Virus record (IMG/VR): IMGVR_UViG_2711768072_000014
Source: a virus
Taxonomy: Duplodnaviria > Heunggongvirae > Uroviricota > Caudoviricetes
Length of the DNA stretch: 14,720 bases
Strand: one strand, 5' to 3'
Each line of letters opens with the position of its first letter. Position 1 is the stretch's first letter. Positions 14,556 through 14,720 of the stretch are shown here, one piece after another. Under the pieces are notes generated by a model. It did no database searches and had not been told where the DNA came from. It was given only the letters and a program-made list of their open reading frames with translations. The position numbers and the translations under genes are program-made.

Positions 14556-14720
14556 TCAATTAGTTAAGTTAAATAAGTTATATATAACAGCAATAAATAA
14601 TGCGAGAATAAACGGCACGATGATCTCGGCGGCAAAACGGATACCGCAGAGAATAATGACCAGCATTCCCAACATAATGACGATTTTTAGGCCATTGAGC
14701 GTGATGATCGGCTTTGCCAT
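14556..14720 (-). pseudogene. tqsA: 5' fragment of a membrane transporter gene (TqsA/YdgG-like N-terminus) ending in a stop after 54 codons; not in the ORF track
   Basis: Hand translation of the reverse complement from ATG 14720-14718: [54 protein letters not shown]. The first ~46 residues match my recollection of the E. coli TqsA N-terminus; the last 8 codons run into AT-rich DNA. Confidence 0.4.

Noticed and set aside
13678-14567. ORFs in the right-end region (13678-13977 +, 13815-14009 -, 14364-14567 +)
   Set aside because: They overlap the repeat/palindrome cluster or AT-rich junction DNA, lack ribosome-binding sites and have odd composition; likely noncoding.
13827-14720. tRNA or tmRNA gene as integration target at the right end
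   Set aside because: No cloverleaf-compatible sequence or conserved T-loop/CCA end could be recognised by eye; the attachment target remains unidentified.

Overview
Almost the whole window is one integrated mobile element of enterobacterial type, read left to right on the + strand. It has the architecture of a capsid-forming phage satellite (cf-PICI-like): it encodes everything needed to build and fill its own heads but no tail, baseplate or lysis genes, so it would need a helper phage for tails and release. All protein-family calls are from reading motifs in the translations by eye; no searches were run.

Modules in order:
- Integration and control: P4-like tyrosine integrase (1-1218) and an AlpA-family regulator (1593-1781).
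- Putative switch: an unlisted 59-aa ribbon-helix-helix-like gene on the minus strand (2282-2461) diverging from a promoter overlapped by three GTGTTnAACAC palindromic operators (2512-2563).
- Replication: an operon of about six small overlapping genes of unknown function (2661-4055) ending in a RecA-fold replication ATPase (4052-5449), followed by an iteron-type candidate origin (5451-5648), an SSB with the acidic ...DGIPF tail (6215-6625) and a possible PerC-like regulator (6636-6884).
- Head and packaging: HK97-type major capsid protein, prohead protease, portal, head closure protein, gp6-like connector, HNH endonuclease, TerS and TerL (7190-13531), with terminator-like hairpins abutting the capsid and protease start codons and a G/C-rich candidate cos region between HNH and terS.
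- Right end: about 730 bp of noncoding DNA (13827-14555) with a 28-bp perfect direct repeat and several perfect palindromes, then the 5' end of a TqsA-like membrane protein gene on the minus strand that stops after 54 codons, suggesting an integration junction.

Element boundaries cannot be fixed because the left attachment site lies outside the window.
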